Shown here: piece by piece, positions 42,833 through 52,795 of the stretch
Position numbering within the stretch: position 1 is the first letter of the stretch
Layout of the letters: every line of letters begins with the position of its first letter
Origin: Alphaproteobacteria bacterium
GTDB lineage: Bacteria; Pseudomonadota; Alphaproteobacteria; UBA6615
Length of the DNA stretch: 64,000 nt
Direction: 5' to 3'
Assembly (NCBI GenBank): GCA_965261585.1
Contig: CBDHDN010000041.1
Location: 1,669-65,668, forward strand
The notes under the pieces: generated by a model
The model's database searches: none
Told to the model about the DNA's origin: nothing
Seen by the model: only the letters and a program-made list of their open reading frames with translations
Program-made: the position numbers and the translations under genes

Positions 42833-44239
42833 GTGTCGGTAACACGCGATATGTCCGGTTTATGTACCAGATGATCTGTCCGGTTTTAGAACGCCTCCAA
42901 GCCATGGAGGGAGGCGATGCGTCGGACGGAGCAGGTACAGGGACTGAGATTGATGAAGTTCGAGGAGGTTTACGGGCGCACCCATCGGGGTGGCTTGAGC
43001 CAGGCGGAGGCGGCGGAGGTTCTGGGTGTCTCGGAGCGCACCTTCCGGCGCTGGCGCGACCGCTACGAGGCGGAGGGAGCCGACGGTCTCTACGACCGCC
43101 GCCTGGGCCGCCTCTCGGCGCGGCGCGCGCCGGTGGACGAGGTGGCGCGGGTGCTGGAGTTGTTCGACACCCGCTACTGGGACTTCACGGCCAAGCACTT
43201 CCACGAGAAGCTGGTGGCCGATCACGGCTTCAAGCGCAGCTACAACTGGCTGCGGCTGAGCTTGCAAGCCCATGGGCGCAGGCGCGCGGCGCCCAGGCGT
43301 GGGGCGCACCGGCGCAAGCGGCCGCGCCGTGCCCTGCCCGGCATGATGTTGCACCAGGACGACCTTTGCTCGAGCCACGAGTGGGTCCCCGGTCGAGGGT
43401 GGGACCTGATCGTCACCATGGACGATGCGACCAGCGATATCTACTCGGCCTTCTTCGTCGCCGAAGAGGGCACCATGTCGAGCTTCCAGGGGGTGTCCGA
43501 GGCGATCCGGGCCAAGGGCCTGTTCTGCTCGCTCTACGCCGACCGCGCCAGCCACTACTGGAACACGCCCGAGGCCGGCGGCAAGGTGGACAAGGACACC
43601 CCGACCCAGGTCGGCCGCGCCCTGGCGCAGCTCGGCATCGAGTTGATCCCGGCCTACTCGCCCGAGGCAAGGGGGCGCTCGGAGCGCATGTTCGGCACCT
43701 TGCAGAAGCGCCTGCCCCAGGAACTCAGGCTCTCCGGCATCACCGACATGGTCGAGGCCAACCGCTTCCTCAAGGAGGTCTTCCTGCCACAACACAACGC
43801 CCGCTTCGCGACCCCGGCCGAGGACCAGGGCACCGCCTTCGTCCCCTTCACCGGCGCGCTCGACGACATCCTGTGCATCCACGAGGAACGCACCGTCTCA
43901 AACGACAACACGGTGCGCTACAAGCGCCTGGCACTTCAGATCCCCGCCGGCCGCCACCGCCGCCATTACGTCAAGGCCAGGGTCCGCGTCCACGAATACC
44001 CCGACGGCACAATGGCCGTCTTCCATGGACCGCGATGTCTGGCGCGATACCACGCCGATGGCCAACCGATCGACAGCCAAACCCGCGAGGCCGCGTGACC
44101 CGCTTCGACGCGACCGACCGACGCCCTGTGGACAAGTGGACAGCCGCTCCGCGACCGACCACTTCCCCACAGGGCCAGCAACCGCAACAGAAGCGGTCAA
44201 CTCATATGGTACATAAACCGGTCAACTCAGAATGTTCTC
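42833..44239 (+). mobile_element. ISNCY-like insertion sequence, copy 2 (intron-free)
   Basis: 1407 bp collinear with copy 1 minus the intron. Flanked by an 18-bp direct repeat, CAGTC(C/T)GCCGCAAGCGGC, at 42815-42832 and 44242-44259. Confidence 0.85.
42917..44098 (+). CDS. ISNCY-like DDE (rve-type) transposase, intact ORF
   Basis: 393 aa. HTH 'LSQAEAAEVLGVSERTFRRWRDRY', 'RRGAHRRKRPRRALPGMMLHQD' and an integrase-core-like C-terminal half. Confidence 0.8.
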   Translation: MRRTEQVQGLRLMKFEEVYGRTHRGGLSQAEAAEVLGVSERTFRRWRDRYEAEGADGLYDRRLGRLSARRAPVDEVARVLELFDTRYWDFTAKHFHEKLVADHGFKRSYNWLRLSLQAHGRRRAAPRRGAHRRKRPRRALPGMMLHQDDLCSSHEWVPGRGWDLIVTMDDATSDIYSAFFVAEEGTMSSFQGVSEAIRAKGLFCSLYADRASHYWNTPEAGGKVDKDTPTQVGRALAQLGIELIPAYSPEARGRSERMFGTLQKRLPQELRLSGITDMVEANRFLKEVFLPQHNARFATPAEDQGTAFVPFTGALDDILCIHEERTVSNDNTVRYKRLALQIPAGRHRRHYVKARVRVHEYPDGTMAVFHGPRCLARYHADGQPIDSQTREAA

Positions 44240-45726
44240 AACAGTCTGCCGCAAGCGGCGGATCGAGGCGGCGTTTGACGGCGGCGATGTGACGAGCAAC
44301 GGCGGCGTGCTGCTGTTACGCCAGGCGGACCGGCGGTTGGGTCTGACGGCGGCGGTGGCGCGTCGGCTCGGCGACAGGCGCCAGCGCGGCAAGGTCAGGC
44401 ATCGCTTCGTCGACATGCTGCGCCAGCGGGTGTTCGCGATCGCGCTGGGCTATGAGGATCTGAACGATCACACCGAGCTGCGCCACGATGTGGCGGTGCA
44501 GACGGCGACGGGGCAGGACCGGGCGCTGGCCAGCGCGCCGACGCTGTGCCGCTTCGAGAACCAGGCCGAGGCGAGCTGGGCGTGGGCGATCCACGAGGTC
44601 CTGGCGGATGCCTTCATCGCCGCGCATGGTGATCCGCCAGCCGAGATCGTGCTCGACTTCGATGCCACGGACGACCCGGTTCACGGCCATCAAGAAGGCC
44701 GGTTCTTCCATGGCTACTACGACCACTACTGCTTCCTGCCGCTTTACGTGTTCGCCGGCGATCATCTGCTGGCGGCCTACCTGCGACGCTCGGACATCGA
44801 CCCGGCGAAGCATGCCGGTGCAGTGCTGAAGCTGCTGGTGCGGCGGCTGCGCCTGGCCTGGCCCGCCGTGCGCATCATCGTGCGGGCGGACTCCGGCTTC
44901 TGCCGCTGGCGCATGCTGTCGTGGTGCGAGCGTCACGGCGTCGACTACATCATCGGCCTGGCCAGGAACAAGCGGCTGGAGGCGCTGGCGGCGCCCGTGA
45001 TGGCCCAGGCGCGCGCACTGTTCGCCACGACCGGCGACAAGCAACGGCACTTCGCCGAACTCCGCTATGGCGCCGGGACGTGGAACCGCGAGCGGCGCGT
45101 CATCGCGCGCCTCGAACACACCGCCCGCGGCGCCAACCCGCGCTTCGTGGTGACCAGCCTCGCCGGTGACGGCATGGCGCTCTACGACATGCTCTACTGT
45201 GCCCGCGGCGACATGGAGAACCGCATCAAGGAGCAGTTCGAGCTGTTCTCTGACCGCACCTCGGCCCATCGCTGGTGGCCGAACCAGTTCCGCCTGCTCC
45301 TGGCCAGTCTCGCCTACGTGCTGATGACGGCGATCCGGCGCTTCGGCCTCGCCGGCACCGAGGCCGCCCGCGCCCAGGTTGGCACGATCCTCCTGCGCTT
45401 GCTCAAGATCGGCGCCGTCGTCATCCGCAACACCCGTCGGGTCCGCTTCCTGCTCTTCTCGGCCTGTCCCGATCAGGCCCTGTTCACACTGGTCGCCACC
45501 AGGCTCGAACCAGGATAGCGGCCGCCCCTTCGGTCCCTTACACGATCCCAATGCCGTGCCGCGGCAACCAGTAAACGCGACCGCTCGCCGCCACCGAACA
45601 CCGTAATGCTTCGCTCCTGCACCGCGGCCATGAACCCCGGTCAAAACCCGTCCCGATTCGCCTCATTCGAGACAGATGACCGGCCCAACAGGACACAATC
45701 ATTCGCATCATGAAATATCCGGGCTA

Positions 45727-46847
45727 GTACCGGCTATCGCTGGCGGCGGAGTCGTGATTCAAAGGATGGATGAACATCCAGGACGCGACTCCGATCATAT
45801 TGACGGAGGAGGAGCGGGCGGTGCTTGAGAGCATGGTCCGATCTCCGAAGACGGAACAGGGCGTGAGCGAGCGCGCCCGCATGGTGTTGTTGGCGGCGGA
45901 CGGCCGCTTGACGCGCTCCATTGCGGCGGCGCTTGGCACCTGGCCGGGGCGGGTCAGCCGCTGGCGCACGCGCTTCGCGGCGGAACGGCTGGCCGGGCTG
46001 TCGGATCGAGCGCGGCCGGGGGCGACGCCGATCTACACGGCCGAGACGGGCCGGCGCATCCTGGCGCAGTTGGACGAGCCGCCGCCCGCCGGCTTCGCTC
46101 GCTGGACGGCGCCACTGCTGGCCCGGGCGCTGGGCGATGTGTCGGACCAGTACATCTGGCGCTTCCTGCGCCGGCAAAAGATCGACCTGGCCGGCCGTAA
46201 ATCCTGGTGCCAGAGCAACGATCCCGAGTTCGTCCCCAAGGCGGCCGAGATCGTCGGCCTCTACTTGCACCCGCCGGAGGACGCCATCGTGCTGGCGGTC
46301 GACGAGAAGCCGCACATCCAGGCGCTGGAGCGCGCCCAGGGCTATCTGAAGCTGCCGAACGGGCGCGCCCTGATCGGCCATGGCCACACCTATAAGCGAC
46401 ACGGCACGACGACGCTGTTTGCCGCTCTCAACGTCGCCAGCGGCGAGGTTCAGGCCGGACACTACGAACGGCGGCGCCGCCGTGAGTTCCTCGACTTCAT
46501 GAACCGCGTGGTGGCCGCCTATCCCGACCGCGAGATCCATGTCGTTCTCGACAACCTGAACACCCACAAGCCCAAGCGCGACCGCTGGCTCAAGGCGCAT
46601 CCCCATGTCCACTTCCACTTCACGCCCAACTACGCCAGCTGGCTCAACCAGATCGAGATCTGGTTCTCGATCCTCAGCCGCGCCGCCCTGCACGGCGCCA
46701 GCTTCACTTCGCCCCGACAACTCAGGGACGCCATCGATGCCTTCATCCACGCCCACAACAAGACCGCCAAGCCTTTCCGTTGGGTCAGCACCAACATCCA
46801 TCAGAAGAGGCTCAAACCACGTCATCGCGATTTGTGATTCCCGGTAC
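45727..46847 (+). mobile_element. IS630-family insertion sequence
   Basis: 1121 bp. TIR GTACCGG...CCGGTAC. Flanked by TA (45725-26 and 46848-49) within CTAG. Confidence 0.85.
45770..46837 (+). CDS. IS630-family DDE transposase
   Basis: 355 aa. 'AVDEKPHIQALER', 'VVLDNLNTHK' and 'SWLNQIEIWFSIL'. Confidence 0.9.
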   Translation: MNIQDATPIILTEEERAVLESMVRSPKTEQGVSERARMVLLAADGRLTRSIAAALGTWPGRVSRWRTRFAAERLAGLSDRARPGATPIYTAETGRRILAQLDEPPPAGFARWTAPLLARALGDVSDQYIWRFLRRQKIDLAGRKSWCQSNDPEFVPKAAEIVGLYLHPPEDAIVLAVDEKPHIQALERAQGYLKLPNGRALIGHGHTYKRHGTTTLFAALNVASGEVQAGHYERRRRREFLDFMNRVVAAYPDREIHVVLDNLNTHKPKRDRWLKAHPHVHFHFTPNYASWLNQIEIWFSILSRAALHGASFTSPRQLRDAIDAFIHAHNKTAKPFRWVSTNIHQKRLKPRHRDL

Positions 46848-47145
46848 TAGTCGTCGTCGTTATCGTCACCATCGCCGCCACCGCGGCTCCGGCGCAGGGC
46901 ATCGCGACCACAGCGCGGGCGCCCGTGTCCGCACGGTGACGGTCGCGTCCGCGCATTGGCGCTCCGGTCGAGCTGCAGGATCGTCGGGACCGTGTAGATC
47001 ACAGTCGCGGGCGATACCCAACTTTGCCAGAGCGATGCGGCGCGTCAGGCAATCCGTGTCGAGTCCGTCGCCCGGCGGCGCCGTGACTTCGGCCTTGTCA
47101 TCACGATGAAGAAACGAAGGATCGGACATGGCGGCAACCGCTCGC

Positions 47146-47252
47146 TAGTGCACCGACTCAGTCAGAGTCGTCACAGTGGAAACCTGATTCTGAATATAAA
47201 ACAACGGGTTGCTCCAGCGCACGGCGAATCATTTGTCTGGATCGGTGCACTA
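47146..47252. repeat. MITE-like element copy 2 (core 47148..47250, TA-flanked in CTAG)
   Basis: Same 103-bp element as 27038..27140 with 3 mismatches. Confidence 0.8.
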
Positions 47253-47318
47253 GCTGGTGTTCGTGCACCAGGCACAGTGGCCCAGCCATAGGAGCATAGG
47301 CTAGAATTCTTAACATTC

Positions 47319-47792
47319 ATGACGACCGCCGCCGAACCCGCCGCCACCACGGCACAGCACCAGACCCGCGACGTGACCCGTGGCGTCTGCCGGGCCTTCG
47401 CCGAGCTCGGCTACGCAACACTGACGGAATTCGTGCTCGCCAACGGCCGGCGGGCCGACGTAATGGCCCTCGACCGCAGCGGCAGCACCGTGATTGTCGA
47501 GGTCAAGGTGACAGTGCCCGATTTCCTGAGCGACCAGAAATGGCCGGACTACCGGGACTACTGCGACCGGCTGTATTTCGCCGTCCCGAACGACTTCCCG
47601 CGCGAGATCCTGCCGGCCGGCTGCGGCGTGCTGGTCGCCGACGCCTATGGCGCCGAGACGTTTGTCGAGCCGCCGACACACGCACTCCACGGCAGCCGCC
47701 GGCGCGTCCTGCTGCTGCGTTTCGCCCGCACGGCCGCAATCCGGCTGTTAACCCATACCGACCCTCGCATTGGGACGCGACCTCTGGCATAA
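47319..47792 (+). CDS. MmcB-family DNA repair protein (PD-(D/E)xK-like)
   Basis: 'GRRADVMALDRSGSTVIVEVKVTVPDFLSDQKWPDYRDYCDRLYFAVP'. Confidence 0.7.
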   Translation: MTTAAEPAATTAQHQTRDVTRGVCRAFAELGYATLTEFVLANGRRADVMALDRSGSTVIVEVKVTVPDFLSDQKWPDYRDYCDRLYFAVPNDFPREILPAGCGVLVADAYGAETFVEPPTHALHGSRRRVLLLRFARTAAIRLLTHTDPRIGTRPLA

Positions 47793-47822
47793 TGTCTTGG
47801 ATAAACAGGGAATTTCGGCAGT

Positions 47823-48137
47823 ATGCGGTCGATTGCGTTGGTATTTGTCGCTGTGGGATTAGCTGGCTGTGCGACGATCAGCGCACCGAACAACGGGCCC
47901 ATCGCCGCACGCGCTCAGGCCTTCATCGATGAGCAGCGCGCGATCGATCAGCGTGATTGTGCGGCCCAGCATAGCGGTGCGGGCGTGGCCTACCAGGCCT
48001 GCATGCAGGCCAAGTCCATCGACCGCCGGGTGATGCTGGAGGAGATGCTGGAGCAGTTCGAAAACCGGCGCACGGCCCTGGCCGAGCAATGCCATGACCC
48101 GGTCCCCGGCGGGCCGGCGGTCTGTTACGACATTTAG
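47823..48137 (+). CDS. hypothetical lipoprotein
   Basis: Signal plus lipobox 'ALVFVAVGLAGC'. 104 aa with four further Cys residues. Confidence 0.55.
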   Translation: MRSIALVFVAVGLAGCATISAPNNGPIAARAQAFIDEQRAIDQRDCAAQHSGAGVAYQACMQAKSIDRRVMLEEMLEQFENRRTALAEQCHDPVPGGPAVCYDI

Positions 48138-48155
48138 GGCGGGACCGGCCCCGTT

Positions 48156-49617
48156 CTACCTGCCAATGCGGGCGACGGTCGCCGCCGTCGAGAATCCCCG
48201 CTCCAGCCGCGCCAACAGCACGCGCCCGCCATATGACTGGACAAAATCGGCGCCGACCACCTGGTCCAGCCGGTAATCCTCGCCCTTGACCAGGACGTCC
48301 GGCCGCACGGCCGCAATCAGCTCGGCCGGCGTGTCCTCGCCGAACGTCACCACCGCCGCGACCGTCTCCAACGAGGATAGCACCCGGGCCCGCGCCGCCT
48401 CGTCCTGTACCGGTCGCGTCGGCCCCTTCAGTCGTCGCACCGATTGATCGCTGTTGATGGCGACGACCAGCCGATCACAGGCCGCCCTGGCCTGTTCGAG
48501 CAGCGACACGTGGCCGGGATGCACCAGATCGAAGCAGCCGTTGGCGATGCCGATGCGCAACCCGCGCGCCCCGCCAATGGCCGATCCGCTCCAACAACGC
48601 CGGCCGCGACAGGATCTTGCCGGAGCCGCCGCTTCCATCGCCGCGCAGGACGGCTCGCAACTCGTCGCTCAACACGGCGCCAGTGCCGATCTTGGCAACG
48701 ACGATGCCGGCGGCGAGGTTCGCCAGCTGCGCCGCGTCGGCCAGGCCGAGCCCGACCGCCAGCCCGAGCGCCAGCGTCGCCACAACCGTATCGCCGGCGC
48801 CCGAAACGTCATAGACCTCGAGCGCGACGGCCGGCAGCTGCAGCGGCTCTTGCCCCTCGCGTACCAATGTCATGCCTTCGGCACCGCGGGTGACGAGGAC
48901 CGCGCCGACACCGCACGCGGTGACCACACGATTGGCCGCGACGGCGACTGCGTCGTCGTCACCGACCGGCAGGCGCGTCGCCAGTTGCAGCTCGCGCCGG
49001 TTGGGCGTCAGCACCGTGGCCCCGGCGTAGCAGGAATAATCGTCACCCTTCGGATCGACGACAACCGGGCTTTCCACCGCCCGCGCCGCGGTCAGTACCG
49101 CTGCCAGAACGTCATCGGTCAGGACGCCCTTGCCGTAATCCGAGAGTACCAGCGCCCCGGCCGCCGGTACGGCCGCGCAGGCGCGCTGCCTCAGCGCCAT
49201 GCGCACGACCTCGGGCAAGGCGACCGCGTCCTCGGCATCGGCGCGCAACAGCTGCTGACTGCCGGCGATGAACCGGGTCTTGACGGTTGTCGTTCGCGAG
49301 GCGTCGCGCAGCAGCTCGGCCTGCACCCGGGGCTCCGCGTCCAGCAGCGCCGCGACCTCCTGCCCGGCCGCGTCCTCGCCGACGGCGGCCACCAGGCGTG
49401 GGTGTGCGCCGAGGGTAGCCAGGTTGCGGATGACGTTGCCGGCACCGCCGAGCATCGCCGATTGCCGGCCGACATGCAGCACCGGGATGGGCGCTTCCGG
49501 CGAGATCCGCTCGACGGCGCCATAGACATAGCGGTCGAGCATGACGTCGCCGACGCACAGGACGGTGGCCTCGGCGAAGCCGTCCAGGCTGCGCAACAGG
49601 GCGCTCTGCTCGGTCAT
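48156..49617 (-). pseudogene. hldE: bifunctional heptose 7-phosphate kinase / heptose 1-phosphate adenylyltransferase (HldE/RfaE), split between domains
   Basis: Kinase domain in ORF 48475..49617 ('VLCVGDVMLDRY', 'DVSGAGDTV'). Cytidylyltransferase domain in ORF 48156..48638 ('[15 protein letters not shown]'). The frames meet at '...ERIGHWRGA|GLRIGIANG', about 48555-48570. Confidence 0.75.
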
Positions 49618-49652
49618 GCCGGTCGGTTGGCGCGTTGTTCCACCCTATTTGG

Positions 49653-50957
49653 CTAATGCATCGCCCGCGCCGATGCAAGCGCCGTGCGCCGTTGCTCGAC
49701 ACGCTTCCGCAGCGCCGATTCGAAGCGGCGCAGCACCACCTCGCGGTCCCAGTCGGCCTCGGCGCACCGCCGTGCCGCCAGACCCAAGACCCGCCGCTGC
49801 GCCGGATCGTCGGCCAGCTCGCGGATCGCGGCCGCCATCGCGGCCCCATCGCCCGGCGCCACGGCAAGGCCACAGCCGCCGACGGCGCGCTCGATCTCGG
49901 TGCCAGGGTCCGCCGCCGCGATGACCGGCCGCCCGCTCGCCAACATGCCGCCGAGCTTGGACGGCATGACCAAATCCGCGGCCTCGGCCCGCTGTGGCAG
50001 CAGGTGCATGTCGGCCATGCCCAGGAGCGCGTTCAGCCGCGCCGGCGGCTGCAGTGGGATCAGGCGAACATTGCGGCGCCCCGCCGCGGCGTCGACGAGG
50101 GCCGCCCGCCCCGCGCCGTCGCCACACAGGACGAGCACGATGTCGGTCCGGCCGCGAAGCCGGTCGGCGGCGTCGATCAGCGTCTCCAGACCCTGCTTGG
50201 CGCCCAGATTGCCGCTGTAGAGCGCGACAACCGCGTCGCCGCCGATGCCCAGCTCGGCGCGCAGCGGGCCGCCACCGGCCACTGGCGTGATCGCCTGGGG
50301 CGTGATCGCCTGGGGCGTGATCGCCTGGGGCGTGATCGCCTGGGTATCGACCCAGTTCGGGAAGAACACGGTCGCCGCCGCGGCGACGCCCTTGTCGGCC
50401 AGGTGCGCCTGCATGTTGCGCGACACGGTGGAGACCGCATCGAAGCGGCCCATCATCCAGGCCTCGCCGCGCGCGGCCACGGCCGACAGGGACGCCGGCA
50501 GGAGACCCAGCCTGGCCGCCGCCTCGATCTCGAAATCCTGCACGTGCAGCCAGGCGACGGCGCCGCCGAGCCGCGCCGTCAGCCAGCCCCCGGGCAGCGA
50601 CAACGCGGTCGGCTCGGCGGTCAGCACGGCGTCGGGACGCCACGTCGCAGCCTCGAACAGCACGACCGGCAGGCTCGACAGCGCGAACGACGCCAGATGG
50701 GCGACCCGCCGGCCGCCGCTCTGCCGTCGCGGGACATAGAGTGGACAGCGCCGGACGTCGCAACCGTCGCGCCTCTCCCACCGCCAGCGCCGGCCCGAAT
50801 AGCCGTCGCCAACGCGCCATTGCGGATAGTAGGGCGGCGCCGTGACGATGCGGACGGCATGTCCGCGCGCCGCCAGCCAGGCACACATCTCACCGGTAAA
50901 ACGCCCGATGCCGGTCAGCTCCGGTGCATGGTTCAGGCCGTAGATGAGGAGTTTCAA
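49653..50957 (-). CDS. WcaI-like family 4 glycosyltransferase
   Basis: 'KLLIYGLNHAPELTGIGRFTGEM' and 'YSGNLGAKQGLE'. TTG start. Contains a QAITP x4 repeat. Confidence 0.8.
   Translation of the reverse strand: MKLLIYGLNHAPELTGIGRFTGEMCAWLAARGHAVRIVTAPPYYPQWRVGDGYSGRRWRWERRDGCDVRRCPLYVPRRQSGGRRVAHLASFALSSLPVVLFEAATWRPDAVLTAEPTALSLPGGWLTARLGGAVAWLHVQDFEIEAAARLGLLPASLSAVAARGEAWMMGRFDAVSTVSRNMQAHLADKGVAAAATVFFPNWVDTQAITPQAITPQAITPQAITPVAGGGPLRAELGIGGDAVVALYSGNLGAKQGLETLIDAADRLRGRTDIVLVLCGDGAGRAALVDAAAGRRNVRLIPLQPPARLNALLGMADMHLLPQRAEAADLVMPSKLGGMLASGRPVIAAADPGTEIERAVGGCGLAVAPGDGAAMAAAIRELADDPAQRRVLGLAARRCAEADWDREVVLRRFESALRKRVEQRRTALASARAMH
50284..50343 (-). repeat. perfect 15-bp x4 in-frame tandem repeat (GGCGTGATCGCCTGG)
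   Basis: Read directly from the sequence. Encodes QAITPQAITPQAITPQAITP on the minus strand. Confidence 0.95.
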
Positions 50958-50969
50958 CGGCCCCGTGCC

Positions 50970-51920
50970 TCACGCACGCGCGGCGCGCACGACCAGGCAA
51001 TCGCCGCGGCCGAGACGGTTGGCAAGCCACAGGTCGGGAAACAGCAAGCCGCGGACGATCACCATGAGCATCGAGATCAGGATCGGGTCGCGCAGCGCTC
51101 GGCGCCGGTCTTCGTCCGTCCGCACGATCGCCGCGATCATCGACTGGGCGACCCACAACGCCGGCGTCGCCTGCGCCTCGCGAACGACCTGGAAGCCGTT
51201 GGTGCGCAGCATCCGCGTCAAGGTGGCATTCGTGAAATGCACGATATGGAACGGCACGTGCCAGTTGATCCAGGCGCGGCCAAACAGCCGCCGCAGCACG
51301 CTGTCGGCATTGGGGCAGCTGATCCACAGGGCACCGCCGGGCCGCAGGATGCGGTGCACGTGGCCCAGCATGTCCGCCGGGTCGAGCGCGTGTTCGAGCA
51401 CGTTGGACAGCACGACCACGTCATAGACACCGGCCGGCCGGAAGTCGGCGATATCGGCGCCGTGCACGACAAAGCCGCGGGCGCGCGCCTGCGCCGCCGC
51501 GACCGGGTTCGGCTCCAGCCCTTCCGCCGCGAACCCGTTGCGCCGGTAGCGCACGAGGCCGCGGCCCTCGTTGCAGCCGACGTCCAACAGCCGCGGGGCC
51601 GCCGCCGCAGTACCCGCCTGCACCGTGTGAAACGAGATGTCGCCATCGACGGCCAGCCACCAGCGATACAGGCGCCATGTCATCAGCCGCTCGCGCAGGC
51701 GCACATAAGGTGACGACGCGCGCGAGCCGCCGAAGTTGTAGTGGCGTGCGTAGAGCGCCTGCAGCGCATCGGGCGCCGGCCGCGGCTGCGTCTGTTCGAG
51801 CGCGCAGTCGCGGCACCGGGCGATCTCGAACGTGCCGGGCACGCCGAAACGCGTGTCGGTGACGCCGCCGAGCCTGAGCCCGACGGGCCCGCCACAGTCC
51901 AGACAGCACGGCGCCGTCAT
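50970..51920 (-). CDS. class I SAM-dependent methyltransferase with an N-terminal Cys-rich motif
   Basis: 'CCLDCGG...CRDC', then motif I 'LLDVGCNEG', then 'VVLSNVLEHALDP'. ATGA overlap with the upstream gene. Confidence 0.8.
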   Translation of the reverse strand: MTAPCCLDCGGPVGLRLGGVTDTRFGVPGTFEIARCRDCALEQTQPRPAPDALQALYARHYNFGGSRASSPYVRLRERLMTWRLYRWWLAVDGDISFHTVQAGTAAAAPRLLDVGCNEGRGLVRYRRNGFAAEGLEPNPVAAAQARARGFVVHGADIADFRPAGVYDVVVLSNVLEHALDPADMLGHVHRILRPGGALWISCPNADSVLRRLFGRAWINWHVPFHIVHFTNATLTRMLRTNGFQVVREAQATPALWVAQSMIAAIVRTDEDRRRALRDPILISMLMVIVRGLLFPDLWLANRLGRGDCLVVRAARA

Positions 51921-52795
51921 TGTGCCAACAAGTCCCGGTACTTCGTCGCCATCGGCGACGTCGGGTCGCGCAGCTCCTTGAGCTTCAGGCCGATCTGATA
52001 CTCGTGAAAGGCGCGGATCAGGCAATAGCGCAGGCCGATGCGGCCATCGAGGAAGCCGCGTTTCCAGCCATACATGTAGGCGAAGACGACCAGTGCCCGC
52101 GCCGGTAGATAGCGGTACGCGAAGTTCTTCAACGCCCGGCGCCGCGACGGACCGGGGCCGAACAGCCGGCCCGCGATCACGTCCTCCGCTGGCCGGGTCA
52201 GCATGCGGTGTATCTCGACCGCCTCGAGGCTCGTGTAGTGGTTGTGACGCTCGAAGTAGCGCTCGATACCCTTGTAGTCATGGTGGACCAGGTGGTGGTC
52301 GAGGAACGCGGTCGCCCCGTCCACCACCATGTGTTCGTGGACGCAGCGATTCTCGTAGCGTGCGACGCCGCGCCGAAACAACCGCAGCTGCCAGTCCGGA
52401 TACATCCCGGCGCGCCGGATCCATTTGCCCTGGAACAAATTCTGGCGGGCGATGTAGTAGCCAGCGGCCGGCGGCGCCGCCAACACCTGGCGGATCTCGT
52501 CGGCGAGCCCGGGCGGCACGCGCTCGTCGGCGTCGATGATGAGGATCCAGTCGTGGGCGAAATCAATGTTGTCGAGCGCCCAATTCTTGTGACGTGAGAA
52601 CACGTCGAAGTCGCGCTCGACAATGCGTGCGCCGGTGGCCTTGGCGATCGCGCACGTGGCGTCTTTGGAGCCCGAATCGAAAACGATGCGCTCACCCGCA
52701 AAGGCAACGCTGGCCAGGCGATCGGCGATGTTGCGCTCCTCGTCCCGCGTCGGAATCAGGACCGACAGCGGTGCCGGCGCGCCCGTTTCCATCAC
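51917..52795 (-). CDS. family 2 glycosyltransferase
   Basis: 'LSVLIPTRDEERNI' and 'ILIIDADERV'. Start codon overlaps the upstream stop. Confidence 0.85.
   Translation of the reverse strand: MMETGAPAPLSVLIPTRDEERNIADRLASVAFAGERIVFDSGSKDATCAIAKATGARIVERDFDVFSRHKNWALDNIDFAHDWILIIDADERVPPGLADEIRQVLAAPPAAGYYIARQNLFQGKWIRRAGMYPDWQLRLFRRGVARYENRCVHEHMVVDGATAFLDHHLVHHDYKGIERYFERHNHYTSLEAVEIHRMLTRPAEDVIAGRLFGPGPSRRRALKNFAYRYLPARALVVFAYMYGWKRGFLDGRIGLRYCLIRAFHEYQIGLKLKELRDPTSPMATKYRDLLAQ

Larger units (their letters stand above)
42781..45518 (+). pseudogene. IS1380-family transposase gene split by an IS insertion
   Basis: N-terminus 'MTNCTPETVLFPVRRKRR' (42781..42832) resumes at about 44260 as 'IEAAFDGGDVTSNGGVLLLRQADRRLGL...' (ORF 44232..45518). 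Confidence 0.75.
42693..45723 (+). mobile_element. IS1380-family insertion sequence (about 1.6 kb) interrupted by ISNCY-like copy 2
   Basis: Imperfect terminal IRs: CCTGGAAGATTCACGA... and the reverse complement of ...ATGAAATATCCGGG. Flanked by CTAG on both sides (42689-42692 and 45724-45727). Confidence 0.65.

Noticed and set aside
42781-44292. 503-aa ORF spanning the IS1380 transposase N-terminus and the ISNCY-like element
   Set aside because: It is a chimeric read-through. Only the first ~17 codons belong to the IS1380-family transposase, and the rest is an out-of-frame reading across the inserted IS.
46866-47129. 87-aa ORF (minus strand) between the IS630 element and MITE copy 2
   Set aside because: No recognisable motif, weak third-position GC bias for this genome, and an Arg/Pro-rich tail. 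It was not called. Its stop lies before the IS, so it is not obviously IS-truncated.
50284-50343. Possible CRISPR array
   Set aside because: The 15-bp units are contiguous with no spacers and lie in frame inside a glycosyltransferase gene. No spaced-repeat array was seen anywhere in the window.
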